Positions 38,248 to 48,010 of a stretch of DNA of 64,000 nt are shown in pieces. The stretch comes from an uncultured delta proteobacterium. Its GTDB lineage: Bacteria; Myxococcota_A; Polyangia; Haliangiales; Haliangiaceae. How positions within the stretch are numbered: position 1 is the stretch's first letter; each line of letters opens with the position of its first letter. The notes beneath the pieces are model-generated. The model made no database searches and was not told the origin of the DNA. It saw nothing but the letters and a program-made list of their open reading frames with translations. Location of the stretch: positions 1,152,001 to 1,216,000 of the forward strand of contig CAWKDB010000002.1 of NCBI GenBank assembly GCA_963848295.1, read 5' to 3'. Both the position numbers and the translations under genes were made by a program.

Positions 38248-40263
38248 GTGCGCCGACTGGCACTCGTCGGGATCGTGGCGGCGGTCGCGTGCGGTCACGA
38301 CCACGGCCCGCCGCGCGTTCGTTCGCGCCCGCCGAAGCCGGATCCCTATCCCGCGCTGCGCGGCGATCCCACGCCGCGGACCTCGCGGATCGCGAGCTAC
38401 AAGATCGACGCGAAGCTCGATGCGGCACGCCATGTCATCACCGCGACCGAGACGCTGACCTGGATCAACAGCGGCGACAGCGCGGTCACGACGCTGCCGT
38501 TTCATCTCTACCTGAACGCGTTCAAGAACGAGACGACGTTGTTCATGCGGACGTCACGCGGTGTCGTCGGGCGCGCTCACGCGAGCGACAGCGGCTGGGG
38601 CTGGATCAACGTCGACTCGGTCGCAGATACGATGGCAACGAGCTGATCTCCGCGCTCAAGCCGAGCGGCCCCGACGAGACCGTCGCCGAGCTGACGCTGC
38701 CGACGCCGCTCGACGCCGGCAAGACCGCGATCCTCACGTTCAAGTTCACCGCGCAGCTGCCCGAGGTGTTCGCGCGCACGGGTTACAAGGGCGACTTCAC
38801 GATGGTCGGCCAGTGGTTCCCGAAGATCGGCGTGCGCGTCGGACCTCCGGGCGCCGAACGGTGGGAGTGCCAGCCCGTTCGACGCCAACAGCGAGTTCTT
38901 CGCCGACTTCGGTACGTACGATGTCACGCTGACCGTCCCGGCCACTCACGTGGTCGCGGCGACCGGCGTGCTCATCGCGTCGGCCGACATCGCGGGCGGG
39001 CTGCGCACGTTCACGTATCACGCCGAGGACGTCCACGACTTCGCGTGGATGGCCGATCCGTACATGGACGTCATGTCGCGCACCGCGAAGCTCGAAGGCG
39101 GCGGCACGGTCGACGTCCGCGTCGTGTTCCGGCCCGAGCAGCGCGCGTTCGCCGAACGCCACCTCGACGCGGCGGTCGGAGCGATCGAGAAGTTCTCGGC
39201 GCTGTACGTGCCCTATCCGTGGTCAGCGCTGACCGTCATCGATCCACCGGTCGACGCCGCCGAGGGCGCGGGCGGCATGGAGTACCCGACGTTGGTCACG
39301 ACCTCAGGGGACACGGTGCTCGCCCGCCCGGGCATCCGGCTGCCCGAGTACACGACGATCCACGAGGTCGGTCACAACTGGTTCCAAGGCATGCTCGCCT
39401 CGAACGAGCCCGAAGAGCCGTGGCTCGACGAAGGTGTCAACGAATGGGCCGACGCCGTCGTGATGGCCGAGCTCTACGGCCCGCGCGGCTCCGCGATCGA
39501 CTGGTACGGCTGGCAAGCCGAGCTCGCGTCGCTCGAGCGCGCGCTCGCCGATGACCCGGCGTCGTTGCCGTCGCCGATCGCGAGCGCGGCCTACGCATTT
39601 GTCGACGAACGCAGCTACGGTCTGACCGCGTACATCGAGACTCAGCGCGCCCTGCGCACGCTCGAGCTCACGGTCGGGGCCTCGAAGTTCGCCGCGGCGA
39701 TGAAGGTGTACGCGCAAGAATTCGCGTTCAAGCATCCGACCGGGCGCGACCTGTACGCCACGCTCGAACGCGAGCTCGGCATGGACCTGACGTGGTTCTT
39801 CGGTCCGGTGTTTCACCAGGTCGGCGGCATGGCGCTGTCGGTGCGCGACGCGACCTGCACCCGTGGTCACAAGCCGCGCGGCGTGTTCGAGGACAAGCAC
39901 GGCGTGAAGAAGACCGTGACCGAAGCGGAGGCGCCCGACACCGCGACGTGGGACTGCGAGGTCACGATCCAGAACACCGGCGTCGTCCATGTTCCGGTCG
40001 ACGTCGAGCTCCGATTCGCCGATGGGATCACGCAACGCGAGCGCTGGGACGACCGCGGCGACGACGGAGCGTGGACCCGGTTGCCACCGGTGCAGCGCGG
40101 CGCCAAGCTCGTCGAGGTCAAGCTCGACCCCGACGACAAGCTGCTGCTCGCTGCACCGCTTCCGCTCGATGTCAGGCTCGAAGGCGATGGCAGCGCGTCG
40201 CTGCGCGCGGCGTCCCGCGTCTCGACCTGGGCGCAAGGGCTCATGCAACTGGTGGGGCCGTGA
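38248..40263 (+). CDS. M1-family metallo-aminopeptidase lipoprotein (frameshifts near 38630 and 38875)
   Basis: AVAC lipobox; FHLYLNAF, QWFPKIGV, GGMEYP and HEVGHNWF...WLDEG spread over three frames. Confidence 0.9.
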
Positions 40264-41204
40264 TGGCGGCGCTCGCCGCGCCTCCGCGGGTCGGACTCGG
40301 CGCGATGGTCCGCGCCGGATGGCGTGCGCTATCGCGCTACACCGGCACGTTGCTCGCCGTGTTCGTGGTCCAGATGATCGTGTCGGCGGCTTGCATGCTC
40401 GCGGTCGCCGCGGTGCTCGCGCAGGTGTTCGCGCACTCGCCGCTGTTCGACGATGCGGTCGACGGCGACCTCGTCGCGCTGATCACGTGCATCCGCGCGG
40501 CGCGCGCCGCGATCGTCGCGTCGGGGGGGATCGTGTTCGGCTTCGTCTTGCTGTGGCAACTCGCGACCTGGTTCCTGGTCGGGGGCATCTACGGCGTGCT
40601 CGCGCAGCAACCGGAGGGTCGTGCCGCGACCGCGCGCTGCTTCGGCGCGAGCGGCACCGCGACGTACCTGACGTACGCACGGCTCGCGCTGTGCGAGCTG
40701 CCCGGTTGGCTGCTCGTGTTGTTCGCGCTGTCGACCGGACTCGGCATGGCCTGGCCGCACATCGAGCATGCATTGACGGTCGCCGAGGTCGTGGTCCCGC
40801 TCGTCGCCGCGCTGCTGCCGGCGCTGATCCTGTTTCACCTCGCGTGGACGATCGGCGACTACGCGCGGCTCGAGCTCACGCTGCGCCACGACAGCCATGC
40901 ACCCGGCGTGATCGCGACGTACGTGCGCACGGTCGCGTTCGTCGTCACGCGGCCGATCACGCTCGTCCACGCGAGCTTCGGCTGGATCGGGTTCGTCGTC
41001 ATCACGATCGGCTCGATGTTCCTCGCGCAGGGCCATCCGATGTTCGGCGCCGAAGGCGCGATCACGCTGTACGTGATCCGCGAAGGCACCGCGCTCGCGC
41101 GCCTCGCGATCCGCTTCGCGGTGCTTGGCGGTCAGGTCGAGCTCGCGCGCACACGCGCGCTGCCGCCGCGTCGAGTCGAGGCCAAGCTCGAAGCGATCGC
41201 GTGA
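40263..41204 (+). CDS. Integral membrane protein
   Basis: About six TM segments; coupled to the peptidase stop. Confidence 0.75.
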   Translation: MAALAAPPRVGLGAMVRAGWRALSRYTGTLLAVFVVQMIVSAACMLAVAAVLAQVFAHSPLFDDAVDGDLVALITCIRAARAAIVASGGIVFGFVLLWQLATWFLVGGIYGVLAQQPEGRAATARCFGASGTATYLTYARLALCELPGWLLVLFALSTGLGMAWPHIEHALTVAEVVVPLVAALLPALILFHLAWTIGDYARLELTLRHDSHAPGVIATYVRTVAFVVTRPITLVHASFGWIGFVVITIGSMFLAQGHPMFGAEGAITLYVIREGTALARLAIRFAVLGGQVELARTRALPPRRVEAKLEAIA

Positions 41205-41234
41205 CCCGGCACCCCTTAGTGCTATGGTCGCGCT

Positions 41235-41642
41235 ATGGCGACCAAGAGCCCGCTCGATCAGTTGCTCGCCGACAGCGGGCTCGGGGACAAGGCGACGCAG
41301 GTCGACGCCAACATGGTGCGCATGCAGTGGGGCTCGGCGTTCGTGCTCGTCGGCGTATCCGGCTCGGCGATCGTCGCGATCGCGCCGATGTTCCAGAAGC
41401 TCCCCGAGGGCAAGGAGCTCGCATTCTTTCGCAAGCTGCTCGAGCACAACGCCTACATGGGCGGCGTCGCCGCGTTCGCGATTCAAAAAGACGGCTGGGT
41501 CGTGCTCCACGCCGGACGCGCGCTCGAGGGCATGGACGCGAAGGAGTTCGCCGCGCTCGTGACGAGCGTGGGTCGGTTCGCGGACGAGCTCGACGACAAG
41601 CTGATCGCGGAGTTCTATTCGCCGCCCTCGACGCCGCCGTAG
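41235..41642 (+). CDS. YbjN/CesT-like chaperone-fold protein
   Basis: FRKLLEHN...GVAAFAI...MDAKEF...FADELDDKL pattern. Confidence 0.75.
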   Translation: MATKSPLDQLLADSGLGDKATQVDANMVRMQWGSAFVLVGVSGSAIVAIAPMFQKLPEGKELAFFRKLLEHNAYMGGVAAFAIQKDGWVVLHAGRALEGMDAKEFAALVTSVGRFADELDDKLIAEFYSPPSTPP

Positions 41643-42235
41643 CCCGGCGTCGAGTCAGTGGCCGGCGCCGCCGGATGGTCGGTGTCGAGATCGATGTCGT
41701 GATCGGCGAGCAGCTGCTTCGCGCTGGTCTGCTGCGCCGGATCGAGCGCCGCGAGCGAGCGGGTCAGCGCGTCGTGCACGAGCGCGGCGCGTTGATCGCC
41801 GAGCTGGTTGATCCCGCCGCCCGCGGCTCCCGAGCTCGAGCCGCCGTGATGGTGTCCGCCGCCGCCACCGCCGCCGCCGCCGCCCATGCCGCGCCCCATG
41901 CCGCCCCCCATGCCACCGCCGCGGTGCCGTCCTCCCATCGAGGGTTGCGGTTGCGCATCGCCGCTCCCAGCCTGCGCCGCTTTCGTCGCCGCGTGGAGCC
42001 GGCCATCGATCGCCTTGAGATCCTCTTGCAGCTGGCGATCGATGTTGCGCAGCTGGCCGACTTGGTCCTCGGTGAGGTGGAGTTGATCCTTGCCGTCGAT
42101 CAGGAACCCGACCGGTGTCCCGGACGAGCTCGGCAGCGGCGCGGTCTCGGCCGGTTTTGCAGGCTCGGGATCATGATGGCAGGCCGCAGCGGCGAGCGCG
42201 GCAGCAAACCCGGTGGCGAGCAGGCGGTGCAACAT
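41615..42235 (-). CDS. Gly-rich lipoprotein with Spy/CpxP-like LTxxQ helices
   Basis: AAAC lipobox; LHLTEDQ and LDPAQQ; GGM-rich insert. Confidence 0.65.
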   Translation of the reverse strand: MLHRLLATGFAAALAAAACHHDPEPAKPAETAPLPSSSGTPVGFLIDGKDQLHLTEDQVGQLRNIDRQLQEDLKAIDGRLHAATKAAQAGSGDAQPQPSMGGRHRGGGMGGGMGRGMGGGGGGGGGGHHHGGSSSGAAGGGINQLGDQRAALVHDALTRSLAALDPAQQTSAKQLLADHDIDLDTDHPAAPATDSTPGYGGVEGGE

Positions 42236-42292
42236 GAGGTGACGGTCCGCGCGATACAAGACCACACTGTGTCAGCTCCGTGAACGAATATT

Positions 42293-43231
42293 TCAGAGCC
42301 GGACGTGCTCGAAGTGGACGAGCTCGGCCAGCTCGTCGAACCGGCGCTGGATCTTCTCGGTGGTCAGGCCGCGGATGCCGTCGACCGAGAACTGCTCGAC
42401 CGCGAAGCTGCCCATCACGCTGCCCATGATCATCGCGGTGCGGATCGTCTTGGGCGATAGATCGCCGGCGTACGCGAGGTAGCCCATCAGGCCGCCCGCG
42501 AAGCTGTCGCCCGCGCCGGTTGGATCTTTGACGTCGCCGAGCGGCATCGCCGGCGCGGCGAACACACCGTCGCCGTGAACCAGCAGCGCACCCGCATCAC
42601 CGCGCTTGATGATGACCGACGTCGGCCCCATCTTGAGGATCTTCGCGGCGGCGCGTCGCAGGTTGTGCTCCTCGGCGAGCAGGCGCGCCTCCTCGTCGTT
42701 CAGCATGATCGTGTTGATCTTGCCGAGCATCGCGACGAGCTCTTCGCGCTTGATGTTGATCCACAGGTTCATCGTGTCGGCCGCCACGAGCGCGGGCGCG
42801 CGCACCTGGCGCAGCACGTCGAGCTGGAGCGAGGGATCGATGTTGCCGAGCAGCACGAGCTGCGCGTCGCGGTGAGCCTCGGCGACTTTCGGTTGGAACG
42901 CCGCGAACACGCCGAGCTTGGTATCGATCGTCTCGCGCGTCGCGAGATCGGGCGCGTACTTGCCGACCCAGTGGAACGTCTCGCCTTGGCGGCGCTCGAT
43001 CGCGGACACATCGACGCCGACCTTCGCGAGGTCATCGATATGCTTCTGCGGGAAGTCGTCGCCGATCACCGCGACGACCGCGACGTTGCGCGTGAAGTAC
43101 GCGGCCGCGCGGGCGATGAACGACGCCGATCCGCCGAGCAGATCTTTATGGAAGCCAAACGGGCCGTCGATGTCGTCGAGAGCGACCGACCCGACGACGA
43201 GCAAGGAGCGATGAGCGCTGCGCTGGTGCAT
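42293..43231 (-). CDS. PfkB-family carbohydrate/nucleoside kinase
   Basis: VVGSVALD, GGSA, NDEEA and DPTGAGDSFAGG motifs. Confidence 0.93.
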   Translation of the reverse strand: MHQRSAHRSLLVVGSVALDDIDGPFGFHKDLLGGSASFIARAAAYFTRNVAVVAVIGDDFPQKHIDDLAKVGVDVSAIERRQGETFHWVGKYAPDLATRETIDTKLGVFAAFQPKVAEAHRDAQLVLLGNIDPSLQLDVLRQVRAPALVAADTMNLWINIKREELVAMLGKINTIMLNDEEARLLAEEHNLRRAAAKILKMGPTSVIIKRGDAGALLVHGDGVFAAPAMPLGDVKDPTGAGDSFAGGLMGYLAYAGDLSPKTIRTAMIMGSVMGSFAVEQFSVDGIRGLTTEKIQRRFDELAELVHFEHVRL

Positions 43232-43259
43232 GAGCCCGGCTGAGGTACCATTGCCGCGC

Positions 43260-45530
43260 GTGGCGATCAACGACGACGGCACTGGCGAGACGGTCGAGTC
43301 CCTGCTCGCCGCAGGCCGCCATGCCGACGCCGCCAAGCTCGCGCTGACCTCGGGCGATCCCGCGCGCGCCGCTTTGCTCTACGAGAAGCTCTGGGACTTC
43401 CGCGCCGCTCTCGAAGCCGCGCGCGCAGCGGGCGATCGACCGCGGTCGCTGCGCTATGCCATCGAAGCGCATGACGAACCAGCGGTCGCCGAGCTGCTCG
43501 CCGAGCTGACCGCGAGTGACGAAGGGGCCCGGGCGGCGCTCGACGTGCTCGTTCGGCTGCGCCGCCCGGCCGAGGCCGCACCGGTCGCCGAGCGGCTCGG
43601 TGACACCGACCTCGCGATCGAGCTCTATACGCGCGCGCACGCCGATCTCGACGCCGCGCGGCTGCTCGAAACCGAAGGCCGCGATCGCGACGCCGGCCGC
43701 TTGCTCGAGCGGGCGCTCGACCTCGCCGCGGCGAGCGAACGCGCGCCGATCCAGCTCGCCCTCGGACGGATCCTCGCGCGCCGGGGTGCGTATCCGGAGG
43801 CGACGCGGCTACTGCAAGACGCTCGCAAGCACGCTGCGCTGCGGATCGACGCACAGCGCCAACTCGTCCCGACGCTCGCCGCGATGGGGTTGCGCGACGG
43901 CGCCCGCGATGCGTTGCTGGAGCTCCGCGCCGCCGATCCGACCGTGCCCGCCGACCTCGATACGTATCTGCGATCGTGGCGAGACGCGACCGCCGAGCGC
44001 AAGACCTCGCGCGATCGCGAGATCATCGCCGGGCGCTATCGGCTCGAACGCTTGATCGGCGCCGGCGCCTCCGGCCGCGTGTTCATCGCGACCGATGAGG
44101 TCGCGGGCCGCCAGGTCGCGCTCAAGATGTTCTTCGCCGCGAGCGCACGCGGCGGGCCGGCGTACGAGCGGTTCGTACGCGAGGCCCGGCTCGCGAGCAC
44201 GCTCCGCCATCCGTCGCTGGTCGAGGTCTACGACGTCTCCGTCGATCGCGGCTTTCTCGTGATGGAGCTGTTGCCCGGCGGCTCGCTCGCGCAGCGCCTC
44301 GATCGTGGCGAGAAGCTCGCGGCGGCGCAGGTCAGGCGGATGGCGCTCGATCTCGTCGCGGGCTTGGAGGCGGCGCATCATCGCGGCGTCGTGCACCGCG
44401 ACGTCAAGCCCGCGAACATCTTCTTCGACGCGCGCGGCACCGCGAAGCTCGGCGATTTCGGCGTCGCGCACCTCGTCGATCTCGGCCAGACCCAGACCGG
44501 CGGCCTGATCGGCACGCTCGCGTACATGTCGCCCGAGCAGATCACGGGCGCACCGATCTCGATCGCCGCGGATCTCTACGCGCTCGGCGTCACGCTGTTC
44601 GAGGCGGTGACCGGCCGATTGCCGTTCCTCGGCCCGGACTTCGTCGCCCAGCACCTCGGCGAGCCGGCGCCGGCGCCCACATCGATCGGCTCCGAAGGCG
44701 AGGTTGCCGCCGGTTGGGATCCGATCCTCGCGGGCCTGCTGATCAAGAACCCTCGCGAACGCACGCAGACGCTCGCCGACCTGCGACGCGAGCTCGAGGC
44801 GCTCGACTTCAGCGGTCGGTCGCGGATCGGTTCGCGACCGAATCGCACGACCGGGCCACACTCGATCGCGCAGCTCGCCGAAGAGGGTGAAGCGCGCCCG
44901 CGCTACCAGTTCGAGACCCCGCTCGGCGCGACCGCGATCTCGCAGCTGTCGCGCGCGGTCGACTCGGTGCTCGATCGCTCGGTCGTGATCGAGCAGTTCG
45001 ACGCGAGCGAAGCCGCGACCGCCGCACTCGAGCGCGCTCGGCTGCTCGGCCGCGCGCAGAGCCCGTTCGTGCAGCGCGCCCTCAGTCTCGATCGCACCGC
45101 GCGCACCGCGGTGTTCGAAAGCCCGACCGGCCAGACGCTCGAGAACCCGCCGACGCTCACCCCCGCCGATGCGGTGCGCGTGTTGAAGCGGCTAGCGCGC
45201 GCCGCCGCGGCGATCCACGAGCTCGGCGGCAGCCACGGCGCGATCTCGCCCAGCACGATCGTGCTCGACGAAGGTGCGGTGCCGACCGTGCTCGCAGCCG
45301 GGCTCGGCCCGGTCGCACCGTCCACGCCCGCGGACGATGTCGCCGCGATCGTCGCCGCGGTCGCGGCGATCGTCGGCTCCGGGCCGACCTTCGGCGAGCT
45401 CGCTGCCGCGGTCGCGCTCGCGGTGGGCACCGCAGCGCCGACGGTGACCACACCCAGTGACGGCGAGACGCTCTACGCTGCCGCCGACGCCGTCGACATC
45501 GCGGTGCTCGCCGCGCTCGGCGCGCGCTGA
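43260..45530 (+). CDS. Ser/Thr kinase with N-terminal TPR-like region and a degenerate second kinase-like domain
   Basis: GAGASGRV, HRDVKPAN, DFG and SPE motifs; C-terminal segment with HGAISPSTI. Start uncertain (43230 or 43260). Confidence 0.88.
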   Translation: MAINDDGTGETVESLLAAGRHADAAKLALTSGDPARAALLYEKLWDFRAALEAARAAGDRPRSLRYAIEAHDEPAVAELLAELTASDEGARAALDVLVRLRRPAEAAPVAERLGDTDLAIELYTRAHADLDAARLLETEGRDRDAGRLLERALDLAAASERAPIQLALGRILARRGAYPEATRLLQDARKHAALRIDAQRQLVPTLAAMGLRDGARDALLELRAADPTVPADLDTYLRSWRDATAERKTSRDREIIAGRYRLERLIGAGASGRVFIATDEVAGRQVALKMFFAASARGGPAYERFVREARLASTLRHPSLVEVYDVSVDRGFLVMELLPGGSLAQRLDRGEKLAAAQVRRMALDLVAGLEAAHHRGVVHRDVKPANIFFDARGTAKLGDFGVAHLVDLGQTQTGGLIGTLAYMSPEQITGAPISIAADLYALGVTLFEAVTGRLPFLGPDFVAQHLGEPAPAPTSIGSEGEVAAGWDPILAGLLIKNPRERTQTLADLRRELEALDFSGRSRIGSRPNRTTGPHSIAQLAEEGEARPRYQFETPLGATAISQLSRAVDSVLDRSVVIEQFDASEAATAALERARLLGRAQSPFVQRALSLDRTARTAVFESPTGQTLENPPTLTPADAVRVLKRLARAAAAIHELGGSHGAISPSTIVLDEGAVPTVLAAGLGPVAPSTPADDVAAIVAAVAAIVGSGPTFGELAAAVALAVGTAAPTVTTPSDGETLYAAADAVDIAVLAALGAR

Positions 45531-45545
45531 CCTCGAGCCCATTGG

Positions 45546-45579
45546 ACTACAGGTGTAGTAATTAAACTACGTGCGTGGT
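45546..45579. promoter_or_regulatory. Tandem BlaI/MecI/CopY-type operator candidates
   Basis: ACTACA-GG-TGTAGT (45546-45559) and imperfect ACTACG-TG-CGTGGT (45566-45579) upstream of yceI. Confidence 0.55.
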
Positions 45580-45597
45580 AACCGCGATGAGGAAGCC

Positions 45598-46320
45598 ATG
45601 AACTCAACCGCACGCCTCCTCGTCGCCATGGCTCTCGCTGGTTCGGTCGGATGTAAGAAGCCCGCGAGCGACAAGTCGCCGGCAGCCGCCAGCAGCTCGG
45701 ACCTGGCGAGCTGGGCGACAGGTTCCGGCTCGGCCGCTGTCGGTTCCGGCGCGGACCGCTCCCGGTCCGGCTCGGCAAGCGCAGCGTCGGCGACCATCGG
45801 CTCCGACGCGGCGACGAGCTCGGCCGATGACGATCACATCGTGGTCCTGGCGAAGCATATCCCGCCGAAACAGTCGGACCCCGTGCGGGTGCGGGTTGAA
45901 AGGTTCCGAGTGGTCCACGCGAGCTTCGACCCGAAGAAGATCGAGGGTGGAACCGCGACGATCGAGCTCGATCTCTCCAGCCTCAGGAGCGGCAACGGTG
46001 AGCGCGACAAGGATCTCGAGTCACCCGTCTACCTCGATGTCGGCAAGTTCGCGACCGTGACGATCGAGGTCGCGAACGTCAAGAAGACCGCCGACAAGTC
46101 GTTCACGGCGGACGCGAGCGTCAAGCTTCGCGGGGTGACCAAGACCTATCCGGTGACGTTCGACGTGATCGAGCAAGAAGCCGACCGCATCCGGGTCAAA
46201 GGCGAACATACGTTCTCGCGACTGGACTTCTCGATCGGGACAGACCCGGCCACGGATTCACAGCAGCAGGTAGATCCAGAGCTGACCATCGAGATGGTCG
46301 TGACCCTCGAGAAGACCTGA
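45598..46320 (+). CDS. YceI-family lipoprotein
   Basis: SVGC lipobox; IELDLSSLRSGNGERDKDL..YLDVGKF, LRGVTK and SRLDF motifs. Confidence 0.85.
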   Translation: MNSTARLLVAMALAGSVGCKKPASDKSPAAASSSDLASWATGSGSAAVGSGADRSRSGSASAASATIGSDAATSSADDDHIVVLAKHIPPKQSDPVRVRVERFRVVHASFDPKKIEGGTATIELDLSSLRSGNGERDKDLESPVYLDVGKFATVTIEVANVKKTADKSFTADASVKLRGVTKTYPVTFDVIEQEADRIRVKGEHTFSRLDFSIGTDPATDSQQQVDPELTIEMVVTLEKT

Positions 46321-46328
46321 GCTGGCGG

Positions 46329-47990
46329 CTACCGCTTCTCGCCCATCAGCACGACGATCCAGATCGCGTTTTCGCCGATCTCCGGATGATCGCCCTGCGC
46401 GATGCCGACGCCGATCTCGTCGGGCTTGTAGTCGCCGACCAGCGCCTTGCCGTCGATCGCGTCGAGCTCGCCGACTGCGGTGATCACGCTACCGACGCGA
46501 CCGAACGACGCACCGAGCGTATCGAGTTGCCGGCGCGCCGCCGGCCACAGAGCCTCGCGCGACTTACCCTGCGCGAGCCCGTCGACGAGCGTTTGCGCGA
46601 TCGCTTGGAGCGACGTGTTGTTGCGCACCGTCGGTCGCACGGCCGTGATCCGCGTCCGCACGAGCTCCGCGGCTTGCGCTGGGTCGACCTTGGGCGTGAT
46701 CCGGATGAATACCTGAGTCAGGAACATCTCCCGCCGGCCAGAGACCTCGTCACCGAGCACGACGCCGATCCCGATATGCGTCGCGGTGGTCGACATCACG
46801 TTGGCGCGGTGGCCCGGGCTATTCATCAGGCCTTCATGCGCCTCGGCGATGCCGTACGACCGCGCTACGTTCTCTAGTACGACCGCAGTCTTGATCCCGG
46901 CGACGCGGACGCGATCCGCGGCGGAGCCGGTCGTCGGCGAGATGTGCGCGACGATCTTGGTCCGCCGCATTTCTTCGGAGTGCCCCCGCGCGACCGCCGC
47001 CACTCGATCGTCCCATAGCAACGCCGGTAACCCGGCCGCGGTGCGGTCGCGATTGACGAGCGCGAGTAACCGCTCCTCGGCCTGTTTGGGATCGGTGACG
47101 ATCATGTCGTCGCGCGTCGGTTCGACCGTGAGCGTCAACGGTGGCTCGGCACCGCACCAGATCGGGAAGTTCGCGAGCACGGTCGAGCCCGCCGCGTCGC
47201 TCGCGGTGATCTCGATCTGCTGGCGGCCTGCGTGATTCGCGCATTGCAACGGCGCGCGAAACGCTCCGTTCTTGCCGACTTCGATCCCGACGCGTTCGGT
47301 CGTGCCGTCGTCGTGCGTGACGAACACCTCGGGGTCGCGATAGCGCGATTCGACGACCGCCTCGAGCGGCACGCTCGTCCCCGCCGGCAGTGATCGAGGA
47401 ATCGGAGCGGTCGTCACCGCCGAGCCTTGCAATGCGAACACCACCGCACCAGTCCCATCGGCCAACCGCTTCGCGGCGCCGACGCCGATTCGCGCGGTCG
47501 CGCCCGTGCCGAGGATCTCACCGAGCTTGGGTGCGAGCTCGTGAACCACGACCTCGGGATCGTCGATCTTGCCCCACACCACGAGCAAGTGTGGTGACGG
47601 TTCGATGATGCCGTTGCGCTGCAACGCGAACTCGACGACGGAATAGCCGACGACACCCTCTTCGGGAACGACCTCGGCGAGCTCGGCACACGCGCGAAAC
47701 AATCGGGCATCGGGAGTCGGCGCCGGTAGATTCGCGGCGACCGCGGCATCCCGCACCGCGCTGACCACGGCGTCGCCGAGCGCCGAATGCGGAGGTGGCT
47801 GGACCGGCTCGTTGTAGCGTGCGGCCGGCTCGGTCGTCGGCGCAAACGTCACGGGCGCCACGCTGCTCGTCGTCGGCGGCGCGGTCGGATCACCACGACG
47901 CCAGCTCGGCTGCGTTCCGACGCGGGTCGGGCCTCCCGCCGAGCACGCGACCGAGCACGCGAGCACAAGCGACGGAAGGATCGCACGCAC
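46329..47990 (-). CDS. CAP (SCP) domain lipoprotein
   Basis: LVNRDR, ARGHSEEM, ENVA, LMNSPGHRANV and HIGIGV motifs. Confidence 0.88.
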   Translation of the reverse strand: MRAILPSLVLACSVACSAGGPTRVGTQPSWRRGDPTAPPTTSSVAPVTFAPTTEPAARYNEPVQPPPHSALGDAVVSAVRDAAVAANLPAPTPDARLFRACAELAEVVPEEGVVGYSVVEFALQRNGIIEPSPHLLVVWGKIDDPEVVVHELAPKLGEILGTGATARIGVGAAKRLADGTGAVVFALQGSAVTTAPIPRSLPAGTSVPLEAVVESRYRDPEVFVTHDDGTTERVGIEVGKNGAFRAPLQCANHAGRQQIEITASDAAGSTVLANFPIWCGAEPPLTLTVEPTRDDMIVTDPKQAEERLLALVNRDRTAAGLPALLWDDRVAAVARGHSEEMRRTKIVAHISPTTGSAADRVRVAGIKTAVVLENVARSYGIAEAHEGLMNSPGHRANVMSTTATHIGIGVVLGDEVSGRREMFLTQVFIRITPKVDPAQAAELVRTRITAVRPTVRNNTSLQAIAQTLVDGLAQGKSREALWPAARRQLDTLGASFGRVGSVITAVGELDAIDGKALVGDYKPDEIGVGIAQGDHPEIGENAIWIVVLMGEKR

Positions 47991-48010
47991 GCGGTAGATG
48001 TTAACACGCG

